From: Octopus vulgaris
Lineage: Eukaryota
Reading direction: 5' to 3'
Length of the DNA: 64,000 nt
NCBI GenBank assembly: GCA_951406725.2
Contig: OX597823.1
Coordinates: 71,920,001 to 71,984,000, forward strand
The position numbers and the translations under genes are program-made. Under the pieces are notes generated by a model that saw only the letters and a program-made list of their open reading frames with translations, was not told where the DNA came from and ran no database searches. How positions within the stretch are numbered: the first letter of the stretch is position 1; the number at the start of each line of letters is the position of its first letter. Shown piece after piece: positions 1 through 14,761 of the stretch.

Positions 1-1012
1 TAAGAAAGAGATGAAAAGGAATTATAACCAACACACAAATGATACTGTTGGCAAAAACCACGCCACAAATGTATGTGCAACTAATCAACTGCGTTTGGTT
101 AATTACCATAAAAGTTATGATCGAAATCTTTTGTTTGCTTCGGTACTGCTAATTAGAAAATGATGTTCAGCTCCACACCAAAAGTACGGAGCGATTTGTT
201 ATGGGTAATTTAAGTTTGTTCTAGAACCACAATCTAAAGTTAGTTCTTAAAAGCACGAGCTTCATAAGACAAGAATCGTTGATTGTTCTGAAATCAATAC
301 AGGACGATTACATTAATACGCGCCCGATATCACAATGCTATTGTAACTTTTGCACTGTGGAATTAATATAAGATGTAATGATTTTTCTATAATAAAATTA
401 ACGACGTTTTTCAAGCCTATCCAAAGGTTCTTGTCGATTCTGTAGCTCCAAACATTCTCAGTACCATGTGTAATCAGAAAAAAATTATCATACTTAAAAT
501 AAAAGTAATTACTCTTAAAACTTGGATTTAGTTAAAAATGAAAGCAATGGCTTAGGCTAACGATTAGATATCGATAAAAGAGTTTATGTATTGAAAAAAT
601 ATCTGGCCACGAAATCATTCTTCGATTACCAACTGACAATATCAGGAGGTGTTCACAATAACTTTTGTTCATCATCACCATTACCACCACCACCACCACC
701 ACCACCATCGACAAATAATATTAACTATAAGCAATTTTACATCTGAAATTAATCCAATGAGCCATATTTCCGGAACACGAAAACGGGTACTCACCAACCC
801 CCCCCCCACACACACATATACACACACATAAGTATGTATAGCGAGTACTCATTGAATAAATGAATATATATTTATTTCAAAAATATTACGAAAGGATACT
901 TGAAACACGAGTTAAACTTAATGCGCACGCGTTCATACATTACCATACATTCATTTGTACAGACATATTCATACATGTGTGTGTGTATGTTTGTGTGTAT
1001 GTGTGTGTTTGT

Positions 1013-1075
<63 letters not shown>

Positions 1076-1363
1076 ATTGACCAAATCTCCAAATCTGAGC
1101 CTGTTCATTTTAAACCCTAGCGTTTTACTAGAAAGTGTCTCGAAATTTAGCAATCACGGGAACTGGGTAAAAGAAATAAAATAATAATTCAAACAAAAAG
1201 AACAGCACAAAAGAGTAAGAAAAACGGGTATTAAAGACACAATAAATTACTCATATAAGATGCATTAAGTTTCATGTTAATCAAACTCTGTAACCTACTT
1301 GTTTAATACGAATTAACACTTTGCCTGCCCAAGTTTGTTCTAAACGCCCACACTTGTTTTCAG

Positions 1364-1677
1364 GTTTCTAGTTAGCCCTCGATTTAGATATTCTAATACA
1401 AAGCTTCCCTTTCAGAAATCTCAAGTTACTCCGCTGGCTGGAAAACATTTGGGAGTGTGCATTATATATAATGCATGGACACCAGGGAAGTAAGACCTGT
1501 ATATCACACGTGATAACGCATGACAAGCAACGGGTTAACATCAATTGTGATATCATCATCATCAACAATACCAGAACAGCATGAAGTTGCAACTACATGC
1601 AACATTATGATAGCCCGCCGCAGATTCCATCCGAGCTAATACCTTTTCGTGATACATGTATGACACACACTGTCGAT
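1364..1677 (+). other. Candidate exon (possible 5'UTR plus short coding start MQHYDSPPQIPSELIPFRDTCMTHTVD)
   Basis: Unique, non-repetitive sequence. Acceptor ttgttttcag|G at 1363/1364 and donors GTAAGA (1490) and GTAAGC (1678). ATG at 1597 reads 27 codons to a phase-0 donor. No homology recognised. Confidence 0.25.
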
Positions 1678-2080
1678 GTAAGCTAAAACTTTGTCGACTG
1701 TAATTTTTACGAAATATTGATTGAATAAATGATCTACAAATGAGAAGACGAAGGAGATGAAGACGGAAAAATAATGCAAGAAGGACGTTAACGAGAACTA
1801 TGAATGTAAATGAGGAATGGTGTAGGTGCGGAGTGTTGAGTAGATTTTCGCGGAGATAAGAATTTTTATATGGAAACAATTGTTACTTTTCGCTCTTGTA
1901 GAACAGTGCACGTGCAGTTTAATTAAAAATGTCCTTAGTTCAATGATGCATGCTGATGCATTGATAAGTCAGCGTGCTGAAAATAAGAGTCAGTAATCGC
2001 ATGTACAATAATGCACACAAGTACAATAACACACGCATACAAATATACACACGTACATACGCGCGCATGTGTAGACACAT

Positions 2081-2380
2081 ACAACAACACTGAACACCTT
2101 TTTGATCTCCATGTGTCTAACACACGTGGACATGCCTACAAAGTCAGAAAACAATACAGCTCCCATGACTTTCGGAAACATTTTTTCACGCTCAGGGTTG
2201 CTGAAGCGTGGAATAAACTGCCTGCATCAGTTGTTGACTGCCATGACACTGCATCCTTTAAGGCCCTCATGCTTTCCGAAATCCGTCGAAACTACACCTG
2301 ATTATATATACACTTTAGATGAGTTGTAGTGCACCTGAGCACTGTACACAATTATTATTATTATTATTATTATATTATTA
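2081..2380 (+). mobile_element. CR1-clade LINE 3' end (5'-truncated)
   Basis: ORF 2011-2301 ends TRGHAYKVRKQ...RKHFFTLRVAEAWNKLPASVV...SFK, the typical CR1 ORF2 C-terminus. Short 3'UTR followed by a (TTA)n tail. Confidence 0.85.
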
Positions 2381-2908
2381 TACGAAACTATGTAAAATAC
2401 ATCTGGTGTGTAAGTGTCTACATATTTAATCATTGTTCGGCGATAATATATCACAAGGAGTGGGGTCAAGGGAGACAATTTTATGAATTTTTGTTTTCTT
2501 ATGTATTAATGGTTTCTGAGGCCAAACCCTCTGAAAGAGGAAGAAGTAGATTACATCTATATACATGTTATCAGCCAACAAAATATAATTTGAGTTAGTA
2601 GAAATGGCAAATTGAAAACTCACGCTTGCTATGTTTTTCTTATAATTCAATATTTTCCAATAATGCTGAGAAATGTGCAGATTAAAGAACGCCCAAAACA
2701 CAAAAAAATGAACATCATGCAAATGTAACGAAATTTCATTTTCACATTTCGAAATCTAAGGAAATACAAAATATATATTAAATAAATTATTTCTATATTG
2801 CGCTCCGTACTATGTTTTATTGACCAAATCTGAGCCTATCTTCATACACGATATATATACACTTGCAGTTGGCGATTTCTTTTCCTTCTTTGAACTTTTC
2901 TCTTTCCC

Positions 2909-2942
2909 TTTTCCGAAGAAGAGCTATGCTCGAAACGCCAAA
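2909..2942 (+). ncRNA. Degenerate minimal type I hammerhead ribozyme motif in PLE-like terminus
   Basis: TTTT-CCGAAGA-A-GAGC tat GCTC-GAAAC-GCC-AAA. The cleavage triplet is mutated (GCC). The element runs into (TA)n at about 3033. Confidence 0.55.
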
Positions 2943-3029
2943 CTCTCTCTTTTCACCGAACGTCAAACTAATACATTTCCTGTGCACGTCTTCTCATTGT
3001 CTGTTAATTTTTACTCAATTATTTGAATT

Positions 3030-3069
<40 letters not shown>

Positions 3070-3487
3070 AGCGAGAATGCGTATGTGTGTGTAAGATAGA
3101 TAAACACAGACTGCAGACATTATTTAGATGGGGCATAGAGTACAGATCTTAAAATTAAAAGATATATATGTATTGAAAGAACTTTATGTTATGTCTTTTC
3201 ATCATATATATATATACTTTCTTTATTTTTGAATCTGTACTGTGTACCCATGTGTAAATCATGACTCTTACTACCTCCATAACGGTTCGACTTGGATTAT
3301 CTAATCGTCACTTTCGACATACGTACATACACACACATATATATATATTAATATATATATATACATACATATACACACACACACATACATACATGTATGT
3401 ATGTATGTATGTATGTATGTATGTATGTATGTATGTATGTATGTATGTATGTATGTATGTATGTATGTATGTATATGTATGTATATA

Positions 3488-3547
<60 letters not shown>

Positions 3548-3570
3548 TGTATGTATGTATATATATATAA

Positions 3571-3761
3571 AAGAATTTTTTGCGTAATGAGATAAAAAAA
3601 CAAAGCTGTGTAGATATTAGAACATTTATAGATAGGTTTTAAAGCTGTTTCCAGGATATCTATTAATTATATCCTGGAAACAGCTGTAAGACCTTCTATC
3701 TATAAATGTTCTAATATCTACACAGCCTTGGTTTTTTTATCTCATTATGCAAAACATTCTT
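3571..3761. repeat. About 190 bp near-perfect inverted repeat containing the 3' half of a hammerhead (GAAACAGCTGTAAGAC)
   Basis: Left arm about 3571-3659 is the reverse complement of about 3668-3761 (for example ctgtgtagatattagaacatttatagatagg / ctatctataaatgttctaatatctacacag). Confidence 0.9.
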
Positions 3762-4072
3762 ATATACACACTCTGACATATGATCAAAGTTGAACCCCTT
3801 ATTCACAGTCTATAGCACTTATCCAGCATTAACTGACAACGTTGGGTCTCAATGACACCATTACCTCTAATAACCTATATATATCTATATATACATATCT
3901 ATATCTATATATACATATATATATATATACACAAAATTCTATTTGACAAGTTCGAGAAACGAACCAAAGCGCTAATAATAATAAGCGGTAATAATAATAA
4001 AAAGATCTTTTTCCAAAATTCTGGCGACCTTTTATCTCAATATTCAATTTCTGTAAACCACACCTAACACTC

Positions 4073-4115
<43 letters not shown>

Positions 4116-4185
4116 ACATACATATATACATATATGTATGCATATATATACATATATATATATATATACACATGCATACATACAT

Positions 4186-4226
<41 letters not shown>

Positions 4227-4228
<2 letters not shown>

Positions 4229-4645
4229 CTCTCTTTACTCTTTACTCTTTTACTTGTTTCAGTCATTTGACTGCGGCCATGCTGGAGCACCGCCTTTAGT
4301 CGAGCAAATCGACCCCGGGACTTATTCTTTGTAAGCCCAGTACTTATTCTATCGGTCTCTTTTGCCGAACCGCTAAGTGACGTAAATATACCAGCCAGCA
4401 TCGGTTGTCAAGCAATGTTAGGGGGACAAACACAGACACACAAACACATACACACACATACATATATATATATACATATATACGACAGGCTTCTTTCAGT
4501 TTCCGTCTACCAAATCCACTCACAAGGCATTGGTCGGCCCGGGGCTATAGCAGAAGACACTTGCCCAAGATGCCACGCAGTGGGACTGAACCCGGAACCA
4601 TGTGGTTGGTTAGCAAGCTACTTACCACACAGCCACTCCTGCGCC
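4227..4645 (-). mobile_element. tRNA-derived SINE family A, full length
   Basis: Head GGCGCAGGAGTGGCTGTGTGGTAAG...GGTTCAGTCCC (Pol III A/B-box-like), internal microsatellite and (AAAAGAGT)n tail. Near-identical to the copies at 9210 and 55880. Confidence 0.9.
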
Positions 4646-5749
4646 TATATATATATACACATACACACGATGCAACTTTCCACGTGCACATTGCTCAGAT
4701 GGCAACAATGCAGGCGGGATGCACTTTGGATCCTGAGATCCTTCAGGACCAGAAACAGAGACAAGAAAAGAACAAGAAAAGAACAAATCGAAATATCATG
4801 GAAAGCAAGAAAGAAAATAGACTGCCCGATATGGTTTAATAACTATTTATGTAATACAGTCTGATCTTGGTAGGGAGCTTATTTGGAATCAACAAGTGAT
4901 TTTTTTCTCCGAAAGAATAAGCTGTTAATGATATCATTGAGATAAACACGATATACAGTAAATAAACTCAAAGCCAAGGCGAGCGATTCTATCATATGGC
5001 TTGACCTACTAAAATTAGTAGCCAATATCCTGAAATCACAACATACCTTAGAAAAAAGGATATATTGAGCAATATATTCCTAGATAAGATATATTTGAAA
5101 AATTAGATTGAATCAGCATGGTTAAAACCGTGTAGTGAGTAAATCAACTTGGTCACAGCACACAAGGACCTAAACAAGGATAATAACAAAAACAGTGCCG
5201 TCTTAATGCCAAATGACTACAGTGTATGAAAATATGTGTTTATTTGTGAATCCATGCAATAATTCCTTTATATTTGGCACCAACATAATTTGAGATTAGC
5301 ATTAATCGATCAGCATATTGATTTACTTTGACTGGGTGCAAACGTTCTATATTTTAGGGAACGGTTCGATGGGAAATTATTACGTTCGTATGTTTCCCCA
5401 ATGGTGTTAAGGGACACAAAAGAAGCGAAATAAACGACTCCAAATACGAATTAGATATCTACTAACTTCATTCAGGGCTTCCTTTGTTTATACATTTTCT
5501 TCTCTTTTCTCAGCATGCATGAGCGCGAGCTCTCTCTCGTTTTCACACACGCACACACACATACACACACACATACACACACACACATACACACTCTTAT
5601 ACACATACACACCTACACGCAATATTATAAATTCAAAATAGACGAGTCGATAATATATTGATCGTACATTCAAACCGCTCTATGTTATTTGTATATATTT
5701 CCAATTTGAAAACATTCTGTTCTCTGTCAATCCTTCATTCTCAATACAT

Positions 5750-5750
5750 T

Positions 5751-5810
<60 letters not shown>

Positions 5811-5885
5811 TTATTTTTATTGTTATTATTGTTATTACTATTATAATCACTATTATTATTATTATCATTATTATTATTATTATTG

Positions 5886-5925
<40 letters not shown>

Positions 5926-6054
5926 CATTATTGTTATCATTATTATTATCATTATTATTATTATTATTATTATTGTTGCTGTTGTTGTTATTATTATTGT
6001 TACTATTACTATTATTATTATTATTATTATGATTATTATTATTATTGCTATTAC

Positions 6055-6093
<39 letters not shown>

Positions 6094-6238
6094 CATTACT
6101 ATTACTATCATCATTATTATTATTATTATTATCATTATTTTCGTTGTTGTTGCTGCTGTTTTTTTGTAGTAGTGGTAGTATTAGCAGTAGTATCAGTTGT
6201 TGCTGTTGTTGTTATATTTGTTGTTGTAATTGTTGTTC
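5750..6238. repeat. Compound trinucleotide microsatellite (TAC)n/(TAT)n/(TGT)n
   Basis: Directly visible. Source of the poly-L/I/V ORFs. Confidence 0.95.
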
Positions 6239-6443
6239 GTAAAAAAGGCTATTCTTTGATAAGCTAATCGTACAGGAAAGAAAAAAGAAAGTCGAACAAG
6301 AAATATTATTTTAATCGATGTATCTGTGTATACAATAGCTGTTGTTATTTTTTTTTCTCATTTAAGTTGGAGTTCATAATGTATGACAGGTAAATAACCT
6401 ACACATTCAAAAGAAACGCTGATGCATTATGAAATACACACAC

Positions 6444-6482
<39 letters not shown>

Positions 6483-6645
6483 CACACACACACACATAAT
6501 ACTTGACATCTTGTTACTTATTTTGATTTTATTCACCTTACTTGGCGGTGTGCGGATAATACCGGACTGCCCCGGTGCCTCAAATTAAATATCTAATTCA
6601 GCTTAATCTTAATCATTTTTTTACATATATATATATATATATATA

Positions 6646-6797
6646 TTCTTTTATAGTTTTATTCTTTTATTTGCTTCAGCCATTTCACTGCGGCCATGCT
6701 GGAGCACCGCCTTTAGCCGAACAGATCCACCCCAGTACTTATTCTATCGGTTTCTATAGCCGAACCGTTAAGTTTCTTGGACGTAAACATACCAACA
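6646..6797 (-). mobile_element. SINE family A, 3' fragment
   Basis: Matches ctgcggccatgctggagcaccgcctttag...gccgaaccg of the 4227 copy. Confidence 0.8.
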
Positions 6798-6863
6798 TAT
6801 ACATACATACATACATACATACATACATACATACATACATACATACATACATACATACATACG

Positions 6864-6948
<85 letters not shown>

Positions 6949-6949
6949 G

Positions 6950-7135
6950 TTGCCATGTTAGCCACTGCACACATTTTTTTCTCTCTTTGTTTCTCTCCTT
7001 TTTTTTCTGTGTCCCTTTCTGTAGAAGAGCGTAGGCTCGAAACGTAAAAGACTTTTTCTATTCCTGAGCGTTATACTAATACATCTGTTTGTTTTGTACA
7101 CCACCTGTCTTCGTCTCTTGTTTTTCGTAAACTCT

Positions 7136-7140
<5 letters not shown>
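6950..7140 (+). mobile_element. Penelope-like element terminal repeat (family H1) with minimal hammerhead at 7015-7050
   Basis: CTTT-CTGTAGA-A-GAGC gtag GCTC-GAAAC-GTA-AAAG. Homologous to the copies at 14937, 21580 and 33850. Ends at (TA)n. Confidence 0.8.
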
Positions 7141-7169
<29 letters not shown>

Positions 7170-7172
<3 letters not shown>

Positions 7173-7345
7173 GAATTTTAGTCAAACAAATCGACTCCAG
7201 TACTTATTTTCTTGTTAAGCCTGCTACTTATTCGAACGGTCACTTTTGCTGACGCGCTGTTTCGTGGGCGTAAACACACCAACACCGGTTGTCAAGCGGT
7301 GGGGGGAAAAACTCTAGCGCAAAAACACTCACACACACAAACACA
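7170..7345 (-). mobile_element. SINE family A-related fragment
   Basis: tagtcaaacaaatcgactccagtacttat...caccaacaccggttgtcaagcgg. Confidence 0.7.
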
Positions 7346-7550
7346 CACAGACACAGACACATAACCGAAATGAAATAAAGTTAATGGAACATGCTACCAG
7401 TACACCCTTATCACAACCATAACTACCACCACTAGCAGCACCACCGCCGCCGCTGCCTCCTCCTCCACCACCATCACCACTACCACAACCACCACCACTA
7501 CCACGACCACCACGACCACCACTACCACGACCACCACTACCACGACCACC

Positions 7551-7625
<75 letters not shown>

Positions 7626-7881
7626 GCGGCTGCTGCCTCTGCTACTACATAGATCCTTAAACTAATGATAGATAAAGAGGGGCAGGTAGATAGATAGGCA
7701 GATAGACTGGCATGCAGACAGACAGACAGGTAGAAAAATAGATAAATGGATAGATAGATAGATAGATAGATTAGAGAGTGACGGGGGAGAAAGCGTGTGT
7801 GCATATGAGTTTATATATGTGAGTAATGATTAAAGAAATGAGTGTAGATAGCTGAATAATTCAGTTGTTTAAAGGTAAACC

Positions 7882-7955
<74 letters not shown>

Positions 7956-8435
7956 AGAGACAAACAGACAGACAGGTCGAAACAGAGAGAGTGAGTGACA
8001 CGAAAAGAGGTTGTGTATGTGTTAGTGTATAAACCTTTAAATTATTCATTGGTTCCGTTACTCTGTCAAAATTAATAGAGACGTCCCAATGTGTAACGTT
8101 GGATCAACGCAGATGGAGAACGGAGAACCCAGTTTTGCAAACTGTGACTGGATATTCGGCTTCAAAGTCATATCCCGGTTTCAAACGTAATTGCATTTAA
8201 GAACATCTCATATCTTCCATCAAGATATCTGATTTTAACTTTGATCGTAGCAGTCAGTTAATGCAGCCGAGCTCCGTTGCAAAATTGATACTATAATGCA
8301 CGGTGAGAAGAATGTAACACTAGTCATTTGACAGTTACGTTTTAGGTCTCCTGCGGAGTGTATGTGCGTCCGGTAATATATGTGTGTGTATGTGTGTGCG
8401 TGTATATGCGCTTGTGTGTGTGCGTGTATGTGCGC

Positions 8436-8507
<72 letters not shown>

Positions 8508-9209
8508 ACTAGGTGTGTTAGAGTATGTGTTTATTCGTTACAGATATTGTATATAAGAGAGACATGCACACACAAGGAGACAGAGGTGCATACATATACA
8601 AACACACGCTCACACACACACACACACACACATACATAGAAAATACACAAACACGGACATGCAAGCACAGGAAAAAAGAAAAATACATACATACATACAA
8701 ATGCACACACATACATATATACATATGCATACACACACATGCATGCATACATACATACATACATACACACATACATAAACACATACATACACACACATAC
8801 ATAATACGTACATGCATGCATCCATAGGCACACACACACACACACTGACCCACACACATGCGCACAAACAAACAAAAGGGAACGCAGTGTAAATAACGGA
8901 CAGAGTCAAGACTATTGAAAAGGTTGCAAGACGCAACAAAACATTTTAGGAAAATAAAAATAAGAAATAAGTGGAAATTTTACCGGTGAATGTGTTAAAT
9001 TATAAGGCACAAAAATAAAATGACTCTCCCCAGACACAACAGATTATGCTTCAACACACGAACTCACATAAAGAATCTTGCAAACCAAATCCCAAAACGA
9101 AATATAGGAGAGAGTTCTGATCAAAATTCCATTTGTATTATTTGTCTGTGTGAACTGGCGTGCATGTATTTTAATGTCGAAAGATTACTGTGCATAACAA
9201 CACAGTGCA

Positions 9210-9614
9210 TACTCTTTTACTCTTTTACTTGTTTCAGTCATTTGACTGCGGCCATGCTGGAGCACCGCCTTTAGTCGAGCAAATCGACCCCGGGACTTAT
9301 TCTTTGTAAGTCCAGTACTTATTCTATCGGTCTCTTTTGCCGAACCGCTAAGTGACGGGGACGTAAACACACCAGCATCGGTTGTCAAGCAATGCTAGGG
9401 GGACAAAGACAGACACACAAACACATACACACACACATATATATATATACATATATACGACAGGCTTCTTTCAGTTTCCGTCTGCCAAATCCACTCACAA
9501 GGCATTGGTTGGCCCGGGGCTATAGCAGAAGACACTTGCCCAAGATGTCACGTAGTAGGACTGAACCCGGAACCATGTGGCTGGTTAGCAAGCTACTTAC
9601 CACACAGCCACTCC
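9210..9614 (-). mobile_element. SINE family A, near full length
   Basis: Near-identical to 4227-4645. Confidence 0.9.
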
Positions 9615-9764
9615 TATGTTTTTAATTATTATCATATTTGTTTCCAGCCATCTATGCATATGAGCTTATTGTTTTGCTTCAGTATTAAATATGCAGTTAC
9701 TATAAGTAGAAAATGCTGCAATTGACGTGCAATTACGTTTACATAGATATACATGCATGACGTT

Positions 9765-9797
<33 letters not shown>

Positions 9798-11244
9798 GAT
9801 GGATTGATGCATACGTGTATTTACGTACGTATGTGTGTCTGTGAATTTGTATGTAAATGAATGGATGTGTGCGCGCGCCAATGTGTTGCCTGATTGAAGC
9901 AGACGCAGTAATGGCTGGCTGCGCATCCTGTAAATGTCCAGGATAAGGTTTAGATAAAACAGAATACCGACTTAATAGCGAATGACTGTGGATAGGATTA
10001 TTGCTTATTGGGAATGGCAGGATGATTTATTAAAAAAAGCATCCAAGTTAAGTTTCGTTGCATTAACAGCTGGATATTATCGAAGGATTGTTAAGTTTTA
10101 CGAGTGATAATAACTGGGATTGGGGATTCCTGGTTTTGTAGTTAATAGTGATTGGCAGATTAAAAGTCTGTAGGAGAATAGAGGTCGAACGGAAATCTGC
10201 TAAAGAACAAGTACATGGGGATTCATGCGTTGTGTTTTAAATGTTAATATATTCATATCTGACAGAGAAATAATATCGCCAACATTTCAGCTAAATTAAT
10301 ATCTTCTTTATACTACGAGCATCATCATTACTATCGATAAGAATAACTTTGCACCGACAAAGGAATTACTGTGCATTACTCCGACCTGCTAGATATAGAA
10401 ATCAATTCTCCATTAAATGGTATCCTGCTATCTTACAAAAGGAGAAGACATATTAGAAACCCCTAAAAATATATGGCCACTTGTTCAATCAGGGTTCACA
10501 TATGTCTCTCCAACAAGCACAACAATAGCAATTACTACAAAGACACGTCACGTTTATAACTATCTGCTGAAACAGTTGGAGCAGAATTTACGGGAAAATA
10601 TGAATATTGAATAGGAATATTTGATGAGCAATGCTTTATTGTGTGCGATGAATCAACGATAAACGAGCCAAAATGATGGCAGTATTCACAAACTTTGAAG
10701 TCAAAGTCTCACTACATATATCTATCTCTGTGCATATGAGTGTTGCTTGTGTGAGAGCGCGTGTCAAACAGAAATGCCAGGATAAATACTGCGTCAAGGA
10801 AATAAATTTGTGGCATTTTGTTACTTTTAATTACGCCTATGTTGACTTTACTTGTTGTCCTCGTCAGATGATCCTTCGACTTACAGGCAATTTTCCGAAG
10901 CTGATAATATTAATTAAAACTTTTCAAGGTGATGCCTCAGCATTTTTACTGTCCTAGACTGAGAAGAGTTAAAGAATAAAATAATATATACATTTCCGAT
11001 GTAAAGGATAAATGCTGCAATAGTGAACTGAAAAAGCAGTAATGAAAGCTATAAAATTAATAGCTGTTCCAAACAGAGGTCCTAGGGGACAGGTTGGTCA
11101 ATACTATTGACCCCATTGTCGATTGACTAGTATTTGATTTGATCGACTTAGGAGGGACGAGAAGCAAGATTAACTTCGCTAGATTTGAGTTGAGGAAGTA
11201 AAGAGCTGGAAAAAATATTGCAAACAACACTGCTAATCTATCAA

Positions 11245-11290
<46 letters not shown>

Positions 11291-11376
11291 TTACTACTAC
11301 TACTACTACTATTACTACAACAACAACAACAACAACAACAACAACTACAACAACAACAACTACAACAACAACAACA

Positions 11377-11429
<53 letters not shown>

Positions 11430-11432
11430 AAC

Positions 11433-11477
<45 letters not shown>

Positions 11478-11478
11478 T
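11245..11478. repeat. (ACT)n/(ACA)n/(AAT)n microsatellite
   Basis: Directly visible. Source of the poly-T/N ORF at 11218. Confidence 0.95.
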
Positions 11479-12261
11479 AATCCTGATCAGATAACAACAA
11501 AGGAAGAGATATCAAATGCGAAGGTTGTACAAATTGCAAAAGTTTACCCACAACACGGAGAAAATGAAAGTGAAAGTATATACGGTATACAAAATGATAC
11601 GCTGTTCTAGAATGGACCTATCACCGAGAAACAATCAATGAACTCTACAGATTCTCACTGTGAAGGATTAGTGCTGTTTTTCAGCTGCTTTCCTCGGCTT
11701 ACAAGCGTGTACTGGGAATAGACATATCCGCTTGGGCCTTGTTCCTACTTTCACGTAACTTTTGATATCTCTGCTAGAGGACAGCACACACTATGTAAAC
11801 TCTCCAGCCTTTCCGAGTAACTTTTGAAAAGTTGATGAGGGTTTGACCGAAGAATAAAGTATCTTTGCACTCATGTCCAACACATAGATACAAGTCAGAG
11901 AAAAACTGAATGTCTTTTCAACAAAAGATGACGGTGAGCTGGATTTCATGACGGACTCAACAAATGACTACTATAAAACCAATCACCAACGCTTCTGCAT
12001 GCTACAAATAAACTAGAAATAATGTCCTTTGTATGAATTTCATGAAAATATTCAGAAAGAAAATCATCAATAGGTCTAAATGCTAAGCACAAACTCTTGA
12101 AATTCTTAGGATAAGATTTAGTGCAAATTTTCCTAAAAGTGTTTCATAAATCTAGACGAGACATAAATTAGTACAAAGTTTGATAAATAAATTGCCAAAA
12201 TTACCAACAGAAGAGCTAAAATATCTAAAACTAAGAACAGTAAACTAAATGTTTTTTTCTC

Positions 12262-12502
12262 TTTATCTTTTATCTTTCACTTATTTCACTCACTGCATTA
12301 TGGCCATGTCAGGGCACCGCCTTGAAAGGTTTAGTCGAATATATCGAATGTAGTACATATTTTTAATGTCTGGTGGGTACGCCAGCAATATCTTTGGTCG
12401 AACACCTAAGTTACGGGTACATAAACAAACCAACACCAGTTATATGGGATCGTGTATTTCCCCTGTGGTAGTAGTGGGCTGAAACTAAAAGAAGCCCGTC
12501 AT
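12262..12502 (-). mobile_element. Diverged SINE family A-related copy
   Basis: ggccatgtcagggcaccgccttgaaaggtttagtcgaa...ctaagttacggg. A short segment (gaaactaaaagaagcccgtc) is in the opposite orientation. Confidence 0.6.
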
Positions 12503-12890
<388 letters not shown>

Positions 12891-12894
12891 CAAA

Positions 12895-13125
12895 AACTTA
12901 GATATGTTTCGACCAAAGATTGGTCCAGGCCATGTCTAACTTAATAGGACTATTCGAATAGGACTATTCGAATCCTGTTTAAGTCAAGTTTTGTTTATGG
13001 TCCATTCAAGTAGTTAGTTCTTGTTGGGTGAGTTGTATCCAATTATGGGTGGCTTATCTGGTATTCTTTGAAGGAATCTATCCAGACTCCGTTTAAAGTT
13101 GATGGGATCCTTTTCCTCTTTGATC
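12895..13125 (-). mobile_element. CR1/L2-group (Crack-like) LINE 3' end
   Basis: Minus-strand translation IKEEKDPINFKRSLDRFLQRIPDKPPIIGYNSPNKN*LLEW matches the FKxxLDxFLxxIPDxP...NSL ORF2 tail. The 3'UTR has a GACCA/TGGTC stem-loop. Confidence 0.7.
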
Positions 13126-14725
13126 ATATATATATATATTATTTATGTTTGCTTTCTAGCAATCGTTCTTATATTCCCTTATTTTCCTTGTCAGTGGATT
13201 TGTTTCTTTACAAATTCTTTCCAGTGATGCCTCATGCACCAAGGTTGCTTTAAATCATATACAAATAATAAAATAAATACTTTCCATTGTAGTTAACCCT
13301 ATTCACGTTCACTCTCTCTTTTCAATTTTGCTTCAGCTATTCATCTCTCATTTCTGAAACACTTTTAACCTCTTTACAGAATTGTTTCACGGTTGTTATC
13401 TTTTTCTGCTTCCACATTCTCTCCCCCACCTGCCTCTCTCTGGTTTAGGATCATTTGTCTTGATTATTGTTAAACATGTCATAACAAATGACGACACCCT
13501 TCGACAATGGCGTCCCATTTCTTTCTCCTTATTCATCCTTCATATTCGGCAAGGTTAGCTTCTCCCCTCTGTCATTATTAGCCTTATATTGTACATAGTC
13601 TTTCGTCACATTTTCCATTCAGTGCATACCTATGTATGGTTCAAATTACCATTCTGACATACACGTGACGGTCTCTATAATATCATTCTGTAATATTCCA
13701 AGATTATATACATCTATAGGCATCTTCATCTTGCAAAAGAGAATTTTAGTTTTGGGCTAAGACGAAAATTATTCTTGGAAACGTGAAATGAAAATCATTA
13801 CTACTCAATGACTAAAGACGAGGATAACTGAACATAAGGAAGAAAGATAAAGAGGAGGGTGTGTACGTGAGAAAGAGGAAAGCGGGGGATCTTAAAACGA
13901 ACTGTTTTCTAGATAATAGAGTTTCGTTAACATATCCTCCCAGTTACATTCAGTCTTCAAAAACTTAACTCACACAAGATTAATCCATTCACGCACAGAT
14001 ACATTCATTACTGATTAACAGTGGGAGAATGGATACAATTTTCATAGCTATAATACCAGGTTATCTTGCTGACTGCTAAATCCAGCACCATTTACTAGGT
14101 ACAGAAAAAACAAAACAATACGAGACCAAGGATTCTCAACATTCATGAGAGTCGCTTACCTACCTCTCAATTAACTAATCTGTGAGGAATACATCTTGAA
14201 ATAAAACTGAATATATGTATATTGATCTTATTGCATATGTTTACTGATCTTATTTCTATGAATAAATTTATTCAGAACAACCCCGAAACAGTACTATTGA
14301 TCCATGATGTAGATCAGTTTACGTCAGTAATAATTTGTTTACGATTTTTAATAAAAGATATGCTCTTCGTAAAAAGTTTCACTCTGAAGTAAGTGACATT
14401 GAAGACGCTCAAGAAAGACGAAACTTTTGTCGATATATTCGTCAGCCTCAGCTGGCACAGTTCCTTTGATTTATTTACAGTTAGAATAGATATGAGTTTA
14501 ATAAAAGTATTGTATATGATTACCGTATACATATTTAGTTGGAAATAATAATGTGCTGGCAATTTTGTTACATACATATGTATGTATGTATGTATCTATG
14601 TAACATAAATCTCTCCCTCTATCTATCTATCTATCTATCTATCTTTTTTCAAACCTTCAAAAGAAAAGCTCTACCTTGTAATTTGTTCTATCTGTGTGCA
14701 GCCCTGTGTGGCTAATAAAGAAACA

Positions 14726-14761
<36 letters not shown>

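Noticed and set aside
4405-4864. Recurrent peptides RQASFSFRLPNPLT / DTCPRCHAVGLNPEPCGW (also at 9392, 55751, 58836) that look like a gene family
   Set aside because: They are antisense translations of SINE family A.
12895-12930. GACCA/TGGTC hairpin plus GAAACATATCTA as a further hammerhead
   Set aside because: There is no CUGANGA half. The upstream look-alike is LINE coding sequence (LLEW), so this is better read as a LINE 3' stem-loop.
13140-13800. Possible LINE remnant (similar cases at 9950-10200, 11480-12240, 36430-37370, 42030-42410)
   Set aside because: Composition suggests old TE debris, but the motifs are too decayed to classify by eye.
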